Source: Hamiltosporidium tvaerminnensis FI-OER-3-3 (lineage: Eukaryota > Fungi > Microsporidia). Taken from it: DNA of 64,000 nucleotides. The translations under genes were made by a program, and so were the position numbers. Shown piece after piece: positions 39,893 to 50,736 of this stretch. The stretch is taken from the NCBI GenBank assembly GCA_022605425.2, contig CM061246.1, forward strand, positions 310,001-374,000, given 5' to 3'. The notes under the pieces were generated by a model, which made no database searches, was not told where the DNA came from, and saw only the letters and a program-made list of their open reading frames with translations. Positions within the stretch are counted from its first letter, which is position 1, and the number at the start of each line of letters is the position of its first letter.

Positions 39893-40623
39893 TTTTTATT
39901 TAAAAGTATCACATCTTTTTTTAAAACAGTGGCAAGTGTTATATTTGTTTTCATGTCATTAACGCAGTTCTAGGTTTAACATAAATAACTGCTACCCCAA
40001 AACTCCATCGGTAACCCCTGCGATACCTACGTCCCAAAGCCTTTCATCTACCAGGTGTGTAGAACCTAATTACTAGGCGAGGCAGTTGCCCGGAGTTCGT
40101 TAATGTCCGTTGCATGGAGTGTGATCGAAGGCCGAAGCCCCCCCTGGGCTCCCCCAAGACTATGCAGCATTCCCACTTACTCTACACTTTCTGAACCGAA
40201 TAAACTTCTAGCTAAGATATATTTCAGAGATTTACATGGGGTCCACCTAGACAGTGCAATGTCATACCAACAGGTATAACCTGCTACTTAGCTCTCCCGG
40301 CTTTAAATGGTTTTTTGTTTTATATCTCCCAGGCGCTAAGTCATCTAACCCGAGTGGGTAAGGCTAGGTTTCCATGCTTTTACATGGCAATTACCTACAT
40401 GTTCAGCTGCGGTCTCCAATCTGGTTACATAAAAAACTAAAAATAAATTTGTAGAAAAAGTTTCTCCATTTCTTAGACCTCTCCTCCTCATAACAACTCT
40501 CATGGAACAACCAAAGATGTAGTGTGGCTTTATTCCCACCAAAAATCCAAACAATGATCTCACACCAGTTTCACACACTCATTGCCAAGCAGAAAGTTTT
40601 TTATGTGGTTATCCTCCCTCCAC
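39893..40623 (-). mobile_element. SINE-like non-coding retroposon, copy S4 (731 bp)
   Basis: Perfect 16-bp TSD ttttatatataaaata at 39877-39892 and 40624-40639. Sense 3' end is ...gtgatacttttaaataaaaa. Confidence 0.92.
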
Positions 40624-40653
40624 TTTTATATATAAAATAATATTATCCAAGAT

Positions 40654-41781
40654 TTTATTTAATAAAATTCTGGGTTAACAAATTTTTCTTTTTAAATAAT
40701 TCTTTCCACCATTTCAACCACTTCTATCTCTTCCTCCAACTCCAACTCTTCATTTGTATTAGTTGATGGTTCCTTTGCTGTGGTTATACCATCCAAAATA
40801 AGGGGTAAAATATTTTTTGTATTTTCCGTTTTAACATCATCTTCCTCGTTGTCTACTTGCTTTAAAGGGGGTATTGGTTGTTTATGCATCTCAGCTCCTA
40901 AAATAACACTTAATGATGCTCTCTCGGAGCTCTCCTCGGCATTTGGTCCAGACTCAAGTCCTCTTCGTCGATCAAAAGAAATTGTTTCGATTGTCTTCTT
41001 AAGTACTATGGATTGTATATATGCCTCTACATTCATGGGTATTTCTAGTCTCTTAAGATGAGATTTATGGTATTTTGTCACAATACCGTCCCAGGTCATC
41101 ACATAAGGGATTATCTCAACACTACACCTATAGATAAGACCCAACTCATTGGCTAGCAGGTCATACTTCCTAAGTTTTTCAGTTTCAACTATTTGAAGTG
41201 AATCTTGGGAAGTGATTCCTACTTCAATGAGTGTTATCTTATTCTTCTTCTTATCTAAAATAAATATGTCGGGTCTGTTATTCCGAATTTTAACATCAGT
41301 TTTTATTCTGGTGTCCACTCTTATCTCTGCATACTCATTATCAAGAATTTCTTGAACTGAGTGACTCCTAATTCGTTTTGAAGACTTAAACTTATATCTA
41401 TTTAAGAAAAGTAAGTGTAGGCATCTAGCACTTCATTATGCCGTCTGGTGTAGTCATGGCCTAGCATTTTTTCACATCGAGTTGCTAGATGATCTACAGT
41501 CTTACCAGATTCATTGCAATGTTGGCACATACCATCTGCTCCCTAGAATACATTTCTATCCTGGATATAGCAGAACACAGCTTCATTTCGTGGCCTAATA
41601 TTCCCTCTCTTTAGCCATCTTGAAGAGTCACTAACACTCACAAGCTCATTTTTTCTTGCATTATATAACTTTGAATGGAGTTTTCGTTTTTCTATTTCGT
41701 TATATAGTTTTGCAAGTTGAGCTTCTTCTAAACTTTTCTTAGTGACTTCTTCTACCAACTGTACTTTACTTTTAAGATGCC
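40654..41781 (-). mobile_element. RLE non-LTR retrotransposon, 5'-truncated chimeric copy L5
   Basis: Same 5' truncation junction as L1. Subfamily-A sequence switches to a subfamily-B tail at ~41030. Confidence 0.9.
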
Positions 41782-43769
41782 TAAGTTTTGGTTTTATATT
41801 CTTAAACTTAATTATTGTTTTCATTGGATCAACAAAAAGAAGTTTATTAGTTAACTTTAATTTTAGACCATTAAATATAAAAAAACATATTATCTACTGT
41901 TTTTGTTCTAACGATTAAATATCTCGGAGACAAAACTTTAAAATAAAATTGTTTACATTAGAGTCATTTGTATTCAGGTTTTTCGCCTCATTACTTATTT
42001 TCTGATTCGTTTTTATTTTTTTATGTTTGTATATTTTACTATATTTTTAAGGATTTCTATGATTTCTGTCATTTCGTCAAATTTAGAGCTTCATAATTTG
42101 TAGTTTGCATCGTTCAATATAAATTTTCATTTGTCTAAAAAAATCAAAGTAATTGTTGTACGATTTATGAAATATGTTCTTATATGGTCTTACCCCCTTC
42201 GTCAGAATATAGCCTGGATTGTAAACATGTTTATTACTTTAAAATAATTTTCTGAATATTTTTATGAGCATCTTCGATTGAAAATAGGCAGGATTGAACA
42301 AAATTTAAAATATTAACAACTTTGGATTGCCACTTTTCATGCATAGGAAATAATTTAAAAAGTATATACTAAGTACATTAGATTTTCTACATCATCATTT
42401 ATATAATTCTGTAATATCTTTACGACCAAGACTCATTTCGAAATATTTAATTAATTAAAACACTACCAGACACCAATATGTGTGCTCTAATTAAGATATG
42501 CATATTCCAATTTGTTTATAAAACACTCAACCAATAATATTCAGTAAACTGAACATATAACAATTTGAAGAATTCTATTGGTTCATAAAAATATTTTAGA
42601 TATAATTCGTAAAATCTCTTCTAAATTGTATTTTTTTTTTATCAAGAATAACATAATAAATTTGTTTTTAAAATTTTCCTAAAGTTTCCATTTATTTAAA
42701 AAAAATTAATTTAATTGATTTATTTGGATTTTTTCAAAATTTTTTCGCTATAAGTAAACGATTGTAAGATAAGATAGGTGCATGTTTGCCCTTTCAATTT
42801 GCGATTTATTTTATCCTCAGTATAAATTGATTACCAAAAAAAATTTAATTAGAATAATATGGAATTTAATACTTGATTTAATTGAAAAAAAAAGAAATAA
42901 GAAGTTATAAAATAAATAGATAGCCAATACAGTATTCAGTTAAAAAAACGTCTTTTTTCACAAAAAGAAAACTTTAGATGAAAAATTTCAATCGAGAAGA
43001 AAGACCAGATGGAATAAAAATAGACTCCAAATTTAACTGACTTAATATTAAAGCCGAACCGAGGCACTAAAAATTGGCAGTAAATAAAAGAGAAGAAGAG
43101 AAATTTGCAGATTAAAAAAACCTAAATTTTTATTGGAAAATTTCTCATAAGTTGCTAATGATTCAGAAATGAAAGAATAAAAAAATGTACGAGAAACAGA
43201 CCAAATGAGAATAAAATTCGTATTAAAAAGGTCAAGAAACCATGACTAAGATAATGAAGTTTAAAATTGTAATCGACATTTTCTATTTTGTTCTACTAAA
43301 TCTAAAATAAGGTTCGTTTGACGAGCTTAACAGCTGTTATGAAAAAAGGAAGTTAAAAATGCAAAAACACAAAATACTAATACTTTTAAGATGTACATTA
43401 TTTTAAATCATGTGAAAAAATGATTTATATAATTACATTTGCGACGAATCCTATATTTCGAAGAGCTTTATTTCGACTTTGGCGACAATTTATCAGCTAA
43501 ATTTTTTCTCAATATAAAGCATAAAAAAAGTCGCGCTATTCACACCACAACACAATATTTAGGCTTACTTTTTTAACAGAAAAAAAATTACAAACGGGTA
43601 TTTTTCTTCGTCGAGATTACAACTCATATAAAATATGAACACCATGAGCATACATAAATAAATCTAAATTATGAATTTAAAAGTACGCCAAAATATATTT
43701 TTTTATTAATAGAAGTAATCTAACGGAGTTAGAAAATCTATTTTTTTATATTAATTATAAACCAAATCT

Positions 43770-46700
43770 AAAGAAATGGGTAGAAAGAAAAATGTTAGCA
43801 GCGAAATACTGAAAAATACCAAAATAAAGGCTGCAAACGACGCTGATGAGGTGAAAAAGAGTGATAGTGAGGTACAAAAATGTAAGCTACACCCACCGGC
43901 GATTTCCCTACCTTCCTCCTCCTACACAACAATAACACCTCCACTACCAAGCCAAACATGCAGTAAAATGCAAAATAGTGGGCTTGACACCTTACCTTCG
44001 CCTAATGCACCAGTTCCCTCTTCGGTTGAAGTCCCTGCGTGCGAGCCATCGTACGACATGACAAACCCCTGTACTCTAGCTATTCCGGAAGGTAACAGGC
44101 TAATGGCATTGCAAACGATATTCGACTCTGTAACAGCCGACCCGAAGGAATGGCCTCGAATTGTTTTTTTTGCAGTACAGACAAGGTTTGAAAGAATGCC
44201 AAGAAATGGCTGGACAGAGCTTCACAGGTACTATAATGAGAAATTCGGCTGCACTGAAACTCTCGAAGTGTTAAAAAAATTGGCACAAAGTGAGATGGGA
44301 AAGGAAGTAAAATCAGAAGAGAATGGAGAGCGACGTAGAATCGCCACTTGTCTCGCTGATACATGCACCTTGACCGACACCACGGAGTACATAAACCTAA
44401 GAGATAAATTCTTGAGTAAAATCAAAGAAATCTCGGAGAACGAAATTGGAAAAGTGGTGGTCCGAACTAGAAAACATCCAAATGAATTGGTTGATAGTAA
44501 AGTTCTGGATCTCATTAACCGAGTAGTCGGTGAATATGCAGGAGCTCATGTACCTGAGTCAATTACGGAAGTCGCGTATATCATGCAAGCTGCGCAGGTA
44601 TGCTATGACGAAGCAACACGCAAAGAAAAGCCTAGATCCGCTTGGAAGGAAAACATAGAAAGTAAAATTTCTAAGTTAGTACTTTCCAAAGATCTTCTCG
44701 AGAAGGCTCGTAAGCAGGAAAAGCTCTCCACTTCGGAAACGAAGAGCCTTAAGAAAATCATGCGAGAGTTTAATTTAAACTTGAGCAGTGTAACTGATCT
44801 TTCTGAGGCTTTAGTTAAGAAGAATGAGTCTTTGAATATTTACGAGAAAAAAATTACGATGCATGAAAGTAGGAAGAAATTCCGAAAAGAGAATCGTATG
44901 TTTGAGCTTTTCCGAGGTCGATTTTATCGTGGGTTATCTGAGCGTGTGGAATCCGAGCATGTGGTTAGTCGTGATGAAATTGTGAGTTTTTGGTCTACAA
45001 TGTGGAACAAAAATGATGACGCAGTCACGTATGATGATTATTTGATTCCATTTGTATCAGATAATCATCCGACCACGTTTCCTTCACTTGATGAATTTGT
45101 AAATATCATTAATTGGCTTCCCAATTGGAAAGCTGCTGGAATTGATGGTATTTACAATTTTTTCATTAAGAAACTCACAACTCTTCACAAATATATTTAT
45201 GATATTGTGAAAGTTATATGTTTAGAAGGAACACCTCAAGCTGATTGGTTTTACTGCGGGCTTACGTATTTGATACCGAAAGGAATTCCACGAAGAGGCT
45301 CTGACTACAGGCCAATCACTTGTATGTCCAACCTCTACAAGTTAACGACAAAGTGTGTAACAAAGGTCGTTCAACTTGAAGTGGAAAGGCGAGGGTTGCT
45401 TGCAGAGAACCAATTAGGGGCGGTAAGAGGTGTGCAGGGAGCGAAAGAGCAGGCTCTACTGAATATTGCCTTAAATAAAGAGTATGGAAACAATCTTAAG
45501 GCAACATGGATTGATGTTAAAAAAGCTTATGATTCAATAAATCATGCTTATTTAACTCAATGCATTGAAAACCTTAATTTACCTGATTGGATCCTGAAAT
45601 TTATTAAGGTAATTATATCAAAATGGAAAATTGATATATCAGTAGGGCCTGAAAAAATCATGAGCAAGAAGATTGATAGAGGGATTCTACAAGGAGATAG
45701 TCTGTCACCTTTGTTATTTGTGTTGTGTATGGATCCATTAAGCCGAAAGCTTAATGAAAAATACACAAAAGTGACAGTACAAACAGATGCAGAATCCCAC
45801 TCTACTAATCATCTCTTGTTTATTGATGATCTTAAGCTCCTTGCAAAAGACAGCTCCACATTGAGTGCTATGACAGGCGAGGCAAAGGAATTTTTAGAGG
45901 TGATTGGTTTAGAGATTAACAAAGAGAAGTCAGCCACAAATGATACGTGTTGTGAAGATACTGCTACTCTTCTAGAAGGTGTTAGTGTTTACAAATATTT
46001 AGGAATAATAGAAGATAGCAGAGGAATTCCAACACGTAGCTCATTTGAAGAAGTACAGAGCAAACTTATATCAAGAGTTGAAAGACTTTGTCACACTAGA
46101 TTAAATGCAAAAAATTTATTTTCTGCAATCAATCAACATGCGATATCGTTAATCAACTATCACATAGGAGTACTTCGACTTGAACCGGCTGACTTCTCTA
46201 AGTTAGATGATGCAGTGCGTGCGGTGTTGGTGAAGAATAAGATACATCTCCGCCCAGGATGTAAAGAGCGTTTGTATCTTCCTAGAACAGAACTTGGAAG
46301 AGGCCTACATAGTGTTGAGTTGCGAAGCGAACATATGCTTCTACAACTCTTGGATTGTCTGGAAAAAAGTAAAGAAATATCAACTAGACGAGCAGCAATC
46401 CTCAAGGTGGAGAATAATAATAAAACCCATCTTGCACTAATAAAAGGCTTCTTAAAAGTAAAGTACAGGTTGGTAGAAGAAGTCACTAAGAAAAGTTTAG
46501 AAGAAGCTCAACTTGCAAAACTATATAACGAAATAGAAAAACGAAAACTCCATTCAAAGTTATATAATGCAAGAAAAAATGAGCTTGTAATGTTTAGTGA
46601 CTCTTCAAGATGGCTAAAGAGAGGAAATATTAGGCCAAGAAATGAAGCTGTGTTCTGCTATATCCAGGATAGAAATGTATTCTGGGGAGCAGATGGTGTG

Positions 46701-47579
46701 TGTCAACATTGTAATGAATCTGGTAAGACTGTAGATCATCTAGCAACTAGATGTGAAAAAATGCTAGGCCATGACTATACCAGACGGCATAATGAAGTGG
46801 TTAGATGCCTACACCTACTTCTCCTAAATAGATATAAGTTTAAGTCTTCAAAACGAATAAGGAGTCACTCAGTTCAAGAAATTCTTGATAATGAGTATGC
46901 AGAGATAAGAGTGGACACCAGAATAAAAACTGATGTTAAAATTCGGAATAACAGACCGGACATATTTATTTTAGATAAGAAGAAGAATAAGATAACACTC
47001 ATTGAAGTAGGAATCACTTCCAAAGATTCACTTCAAATAGTTGAAACTGAAAAACTTAGGAAGTATGACCTGCTAGCCAATGAGTTGGGTCTTATTTATA
47101 GGTGTAGTGTTGAGATAATCCCTTATGTGATGACCTGGGACGGTATTGTGACAAAATACCATAAATCTCATCTTAAACGACTAGAAATACCCATGAATGT
47201 AGAGGCATACATTCAGTCTATAGTACTTAAGAAAACAGTCGAAACAATTTCCTTTGATCGACGAAGAGGACTTGAGTCAGGACTAAATGCCGAAGAGAGC
47301 TGGGAGAGAGCGTCAATGGGTGTTATTATGAGATCAGAGATGCATGAGGAACCAATACCCCCTTTAAAAGAAGCGAAAAGAGAGGAAGATGGTGTTAAAA
47401 TTTTAAAACCAAAAAATAATACACCCCTTATTTCACAAGGAGGAACCACTTTAGAGGAACCGACCAATAACATAAATGAAGAGTCGGATTTGGAAGAAGA
47501 GAAAATAGTGGTTAAAGAGGTAGAAGAAAACATATAAAAACGTTAAAAATATTTTAACCCAGAATTTTATTAAATAAAA
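43770..47579 (+). mobile_element. Intact RLE-type (R4/NeSL-like group) non-LTR retrotransposon, copy L6
   Basis: 13-bp TSD ataaaccaaatct at 43757-43769 and 47580-47592. The empty site is visible in the duplicated arm (~5325-5355). Single uninterrupted ORF. Confidence 0.96.
43776..47537 (+). CDS. Retrotransposon protein: reverse transcriptase + CCHC knuckle + restriction-like endonuclease
   Basis: 1253 aa. WKAAGIDG, YRPITC, IDVKKAYDS, GILQGDSLSPLLF, FIDD, YKYLG; CQHC-x8-H-x4-C; RHN...RPDI..D...IEV...K.RKY. Confidence 0.96.
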   Translation: MGRKKNVSSEILKNTKIKAANDADEVKKSDSEVQKCKLHPPAISLPSSSYTTITPPLPSQTCSKMQNSGLDTLPSPNAPVPSSVEVPACEPSYDMTNPCTLAIPEGNRLMALQTIFDSVTADPKEWPRIVFFAVQTRFERMPRNGWTELHRYYNEKFGCTETLEVLKKLAQSEMGKEVKSEENGERRRIATCLADTCTLTDTTEYINLRDKFLSKIKEISENEIGKVVVRTRKHPNELVDSKVLDLINRVVGEYAGAHVPESITEVAYIMQAAQVCYDEATRKEKPRSAWKENIESKISKLVLSKDLLEKARKQEKLSTSETKSLKKIMREFNLNLSSVTDLSEALVKKNESLNIYEKKITMHESRKKFRKENRMFELFRGRFYRGLSERVESEHVVSRDEIVSFWSTMWNKNDDAVTYDDYLIPFVSDNHPTTFPSLDEFVNIINWLPNWKAAGIDGIYNFFIKKLTTLHKYIYDIVKVICLEGTPQADWFYCGLTYLIPKGIPRRGSDYRPITCMSNLYKLTTKCVTKVVQLEVERRGLLAENQLGAVRGVQGAKEQALLNIALNKEYGNNLKATWIDVKKAYDSINHAYLTQCIENLNLPDWILKFIKVIISKWKIDISVGPEKIMSKKIDRGILQGDSLSPLLFVLCMDPLSRKLNEKYTKVTVQTDAESHSTNHLLFIDDLKLLAKDSSTLSAMTGEAKEFLEVIGLEINKEKSATNDTCCEDTATLLEGVSVYKYLGIIEDSRGIPTRSSFEEVQSKLISRVERLCHTRLNAKNLFSAINQHAISLINYHIGVLRLEPADFSKLDDAVRAVLVKNKIHLRPGCKERLYLPRTELGRGLHSVELRSEHMLLQLLDCLEKSKEISTRRAAILKVENNNKTHLALIKGFLKVKYRLVEEVTKKSLEEAQLAKLYNEIEKRKLHSKLYNARKNELVMFSDSSRWLKRGNIRPRNEAVFCYIQDRNVFWGADGVCQHCNESGKTVDHLATRCEKMLGHDYTRRHNEVVRCLHLLLLNRYKFKSSKRIRSHSVQEILDNEYAEIRVDTRIKTDVKIRNNRPDIFILDKKKNKITLIEVGITSKDSLQIVETEKLRKYDLLANELGLIYRCSVEIIPYVMTWDGIVTKYHKSHLKRLEIPMNVEAYIQSIVLKKTVETISFDRRRGLESGLNAEESWERASMGVIMRSEMHEEPIPPLKEAKREEDGVKILKPKNNTPLISQGGTTLEEPTNNINEESDLEEEKIVVKEVEENI

Positions 47580-48099
47580 ATAAACCAAATCTTCCGACAT
47601 TTAAGCAATCATTTAATAAAATATCAGTATACATTTTGTTTTGATACTTTTATTTTCGAAAAAATCTAAATATTATTTTAAATCGGGATTTGGGTGGAAT
47701 AACTTTTCATTTAAAATGTTTGAAAGTAAAACCGCCATATGTGAATTATTTCTTTTACCGAAAAATTATTAGATTCATACGAAGTATTTTAAATTGACCA
47801 ATATTTTTATTGGATTATTTCTATATTTTTTCTATTAAATTTAAACTTGTTTTTTGAATTAAAATATTTTATATGTAAGATATATAAATACAATCGCTGG
47901 CCAGATTTGTATTTAAAGTCAATAGTCTTTTAATGCATTAGCAAGGTAAGTTTAAGTAATTTACTATATGATGATATTCAACTTAGTTACTATTTTATAT
48001 ATGAAGATAAAAAAATATTTAATATTCATATTAATGTCTATTTAGGTTTGCAGATTATATAAATTTAGAAAAAAAAAATGAAAAAAACTTTTTTTGGCT

Positions 48100-49575
48100 T
48101 TACTTAATGTGGGTAATGTAGATCCAATATCCAAGGCCAGATACAGCTACTAACGACAAAACAGATAAAATAATAATCAGAACTACTTTTCCGATATCCC
48201 ATTCTCCTTTTTTCTTAACTTTTTCTGAAGATTCTTCGGCTTTTTCTGGTTTGGACAATTTTTTTTGTTTCTCTGCTATTGGCTGGGCTGGCTGTTTTGG
48301 AATGTTTATTGGCTGGGGTGGTTGTTTTGGTGTATTTATTGGTTGGCCTGGTGTTGTAATCGGTGTTGTGATTGGTTGAGCTGGTGTTGTAACTGGGTTT
48401 GTAATTGGTTGAGCTGGTGTTGTAATTGGTTGAGCTGGTGTTGTAACTGGTGTTGCAATTGGTTGAGCTGGTGTTGTAACTGGTGTTGTAATTGGTTGAG
48501 CTGGTGTTGTAACCGGTGTTGAAATTGGTTGAGCTGGTGTTGTAACTGGTTGAGCTGGTGTTGTAACTGGTTGAGCTGGTGTTGTAATTGGTTGAGCTGG
48601 TGTTGTAACTGGTTGAGCTGGTGTTGTAATTGGTTGCTCTGGCGTTGTAATTGGTTGGTCTGGTGTTGTAATTGGTTGGTCTGGTGTTGTAATTGGTTGG
48701 TCTGGTGTTGTAATTGGTTGGTCTGGTGTTGTAATTGGTTGGTCTGGTGTTGTAATTGGTTGGTCTAGCGTTGTAATTGGTTGGTCTGGCGTTGTAATTG
48801 GTTGGCCTGGTGTTGTAATTGGTGTGTTAATTGGTTCGCCTGGTGTTGCTAATGTTTTTTTTTCGAATTTGGGTTTAGGCGGAATCGGTGGTTTTCCTTG
48901 TGACAGCTTTTCTGCAATTGGTCGCTCAGCTGTCTCTTGGCCTGCTGTTTGTTGCGCCGATGGTTTTTTTTTCAAATGTTCGGGTTTAGGCGGAATCGGT
49001 GGTTTTCCTTGTGACAGCTGTTCTGCAATTGGTTGCTCAGCTGTCTCTTGGCCTGCTGTTTGTTGCGCCGATGGTTGTTGTTTTAAATGTTTTTTTTTAG
49101 GCGGAGGCGGTCTTTTGAACGATTTTAATTGTTCGGTATGGGCTATATGTGGCCATTCTAGTGTATTTGGATTTGTACCTCCAAAGACTTTAAAAATTTG
49201 AGGACGATTTGTCATGAATGATTTTATATCTAGGCAATCATTTTCAATCAAGCTCTGAAAATTGCAAAAATATTCTTTAGAACTTATTTTGCTGTCTTTC
49301 GAAAACTTTTCATCAAATGTCAGATTTGTTGCCTCATAAAATTCTTTTGATATTTTTTTTGAATCATTGATCTCATCTAAATCAGAAATATATTTGTTCG
49401 CTATACATACCTTGTGCGAATTAGTGTTTCTTGGGGATAGATTTAAATATTTTCGTTCGATATGAATCATGCTAACAAAGTCATTTAGGACATGTTCAAC
49501 TTTCTTACGATCAACTATGAGTCTTCTTGAACATTTATCTAAACTGAAAAAAAAGAGTAGGGAAGTGAATTGCAT
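48100..49575 (-). CDS. Pro/Thr/Gln-repeat predicted membrane/surface protein, paralog B
   Basis: 491-aa paralog of 3691-4833 with extra PITTPDQ heptads and a duplicated SAQQTAG...KPPIPPKP block. CCC before the ATG. Confidence 0.85.
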   Translation of the reverse strand: MQFTSLLFFFSLDKCSRRLIVDRKKVEHVLNDFVSMIHIERKYLNLSPRNTNSHKVCIANKYISDLDEINDSKKISKEFYEATNLTFDEKFSKDSKISSKEYFCNFQSLIENDCLDIKSFMTNRPQIFKVFGGTNPNTLEWPHIAHTEQLKSFKRPPPPKKKHLKQQPSAQQTAGQETAEQPIAEQLSQGKPPIPPKPEHLKKKPSAQQTAGQETAERPIAEKLSQGKPPIPPKPKFEKKTLATPGEPINTPITTPGQPITTPDQPITTLDQPITTPDQPITTPDQPITTPDQPITTPDQPITTPDQPITTPEQPITTPAQPVTTPAQPITTPAQPVTTPAQPVTTPAQPISTPVTTPAQPITTPVTTPAQPIATPVTTPAQPITTPAQPITNPVTTPAQPITTPITTPGQPINTPKQPPQPINIPKQPAQPIAEKQKKLSKPEKAEESSEKVKKKGEWDIGKVVLIIILSVLSLVAVSGLGYWIYITHIK

Positions 49576-49994
49576 GGGATTGAATTTTTTTCTCTTTTTA
49601 AAGATTCAAAATTTCCTAAAATGGTAAAAAAAACTACAATGATATGTTTATCTTACTTTTAGATTTTAGATAAGCAAAATTGTTTATTCAAGATTTAATC
49701 GGAAATATTTTACACTTTCTTATACTTTTATATTGACGAATCAGATAGCTGAAATGTTCATTTTCCGAAATATGAGCACTGCTTTTTTTACTGATATAAA
49801 TGTTTTTGATAATTAAAAATGATAATATCAATTTATTATCGAACGAATAATTTTAAAATATTTTATCGTCTTTATCTTAGCTTGAAATTTCTTGTATTTT
49901 TATTTTTAAAACTCAAAATTACATTTTGTAATTAACAATATAATTCCAAAACCTTTCAAATTTAGCATTTGAAGACTGTGGTATCGTTTGAAAT

Positions 49995-50736
49995 CAAGGG
50001 TCTCAAAACTTTTTTTGTTCGAGGGCCAGATTGACTTTTTAAAAAAAGTCCTGCGGCCTAAGACTTCAATCTTTTTTTGTCCAGCTTACTCAAAATATCC
50101 CTTCACTTTTGTTTATTAGTATTTTTAAATCAATTTTTTTAAGTTTCATATCTATGTTCATAAAAATAAACAGTATATTAACATTTTCCATATAAAAATA
50201 CATAAATAAATTACTAAAATTTTATATGAGTCTACAGTAACGCAATTTAATCACGTAATAAATTTCTCAAGGTTTTGTTTCCGCTTTAAGCTCTACCAAT
50301 TCCATCGAAGAATCATTCTCATAAATGAAATATAAAAAAAACATTTTCATATTTAAATTAACAGATAAACACTTGAATTCGTTGCTGGGAATTTCTCTAG
50401 TAAATTTAACTCACAATGCAACAAATTGTCACCGAAAAATCTTAACCACATTAATCTCATCATTAATAAACTATGCTATATATTTTTTGTCGATTCATTT
50501 AGATTTTTTGGTTTAAAATAATAAAAAAAACAATTCCAAATCTGAAAAAATGCATAAAACGTATGAATTGTCTTTGTATTCTAAATTTTTGCCTAATTTA
50601 TCTACAATTGCAATTATATCTGTATCATCTTTCTATTTTTTGTTTATAATATTTCTTATTAAAAAAATATACTTGATAAAAAAAATCGTTGTAGGTCAGA
50701 AAAATTTGGCCGAGGGCCGTAGTTTAAAGACACGTG
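49995..50736. mobile_element. Internally deleted hAT (Buster/Charlie/Spin-like) DNA transposon
   Basis: Imperfect TIRs caagggtctcaaaact / rc cacgtgtctttaaact with subterminal gggcc motifs. Near-TSD gtttgaaat / gtttaaat (nnnTAnnn). Transposase-like fragment MELVELKA on the minus strand at ~50281-50305. Absent from the duplicated arm (~3275). Confidence 0.7.
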
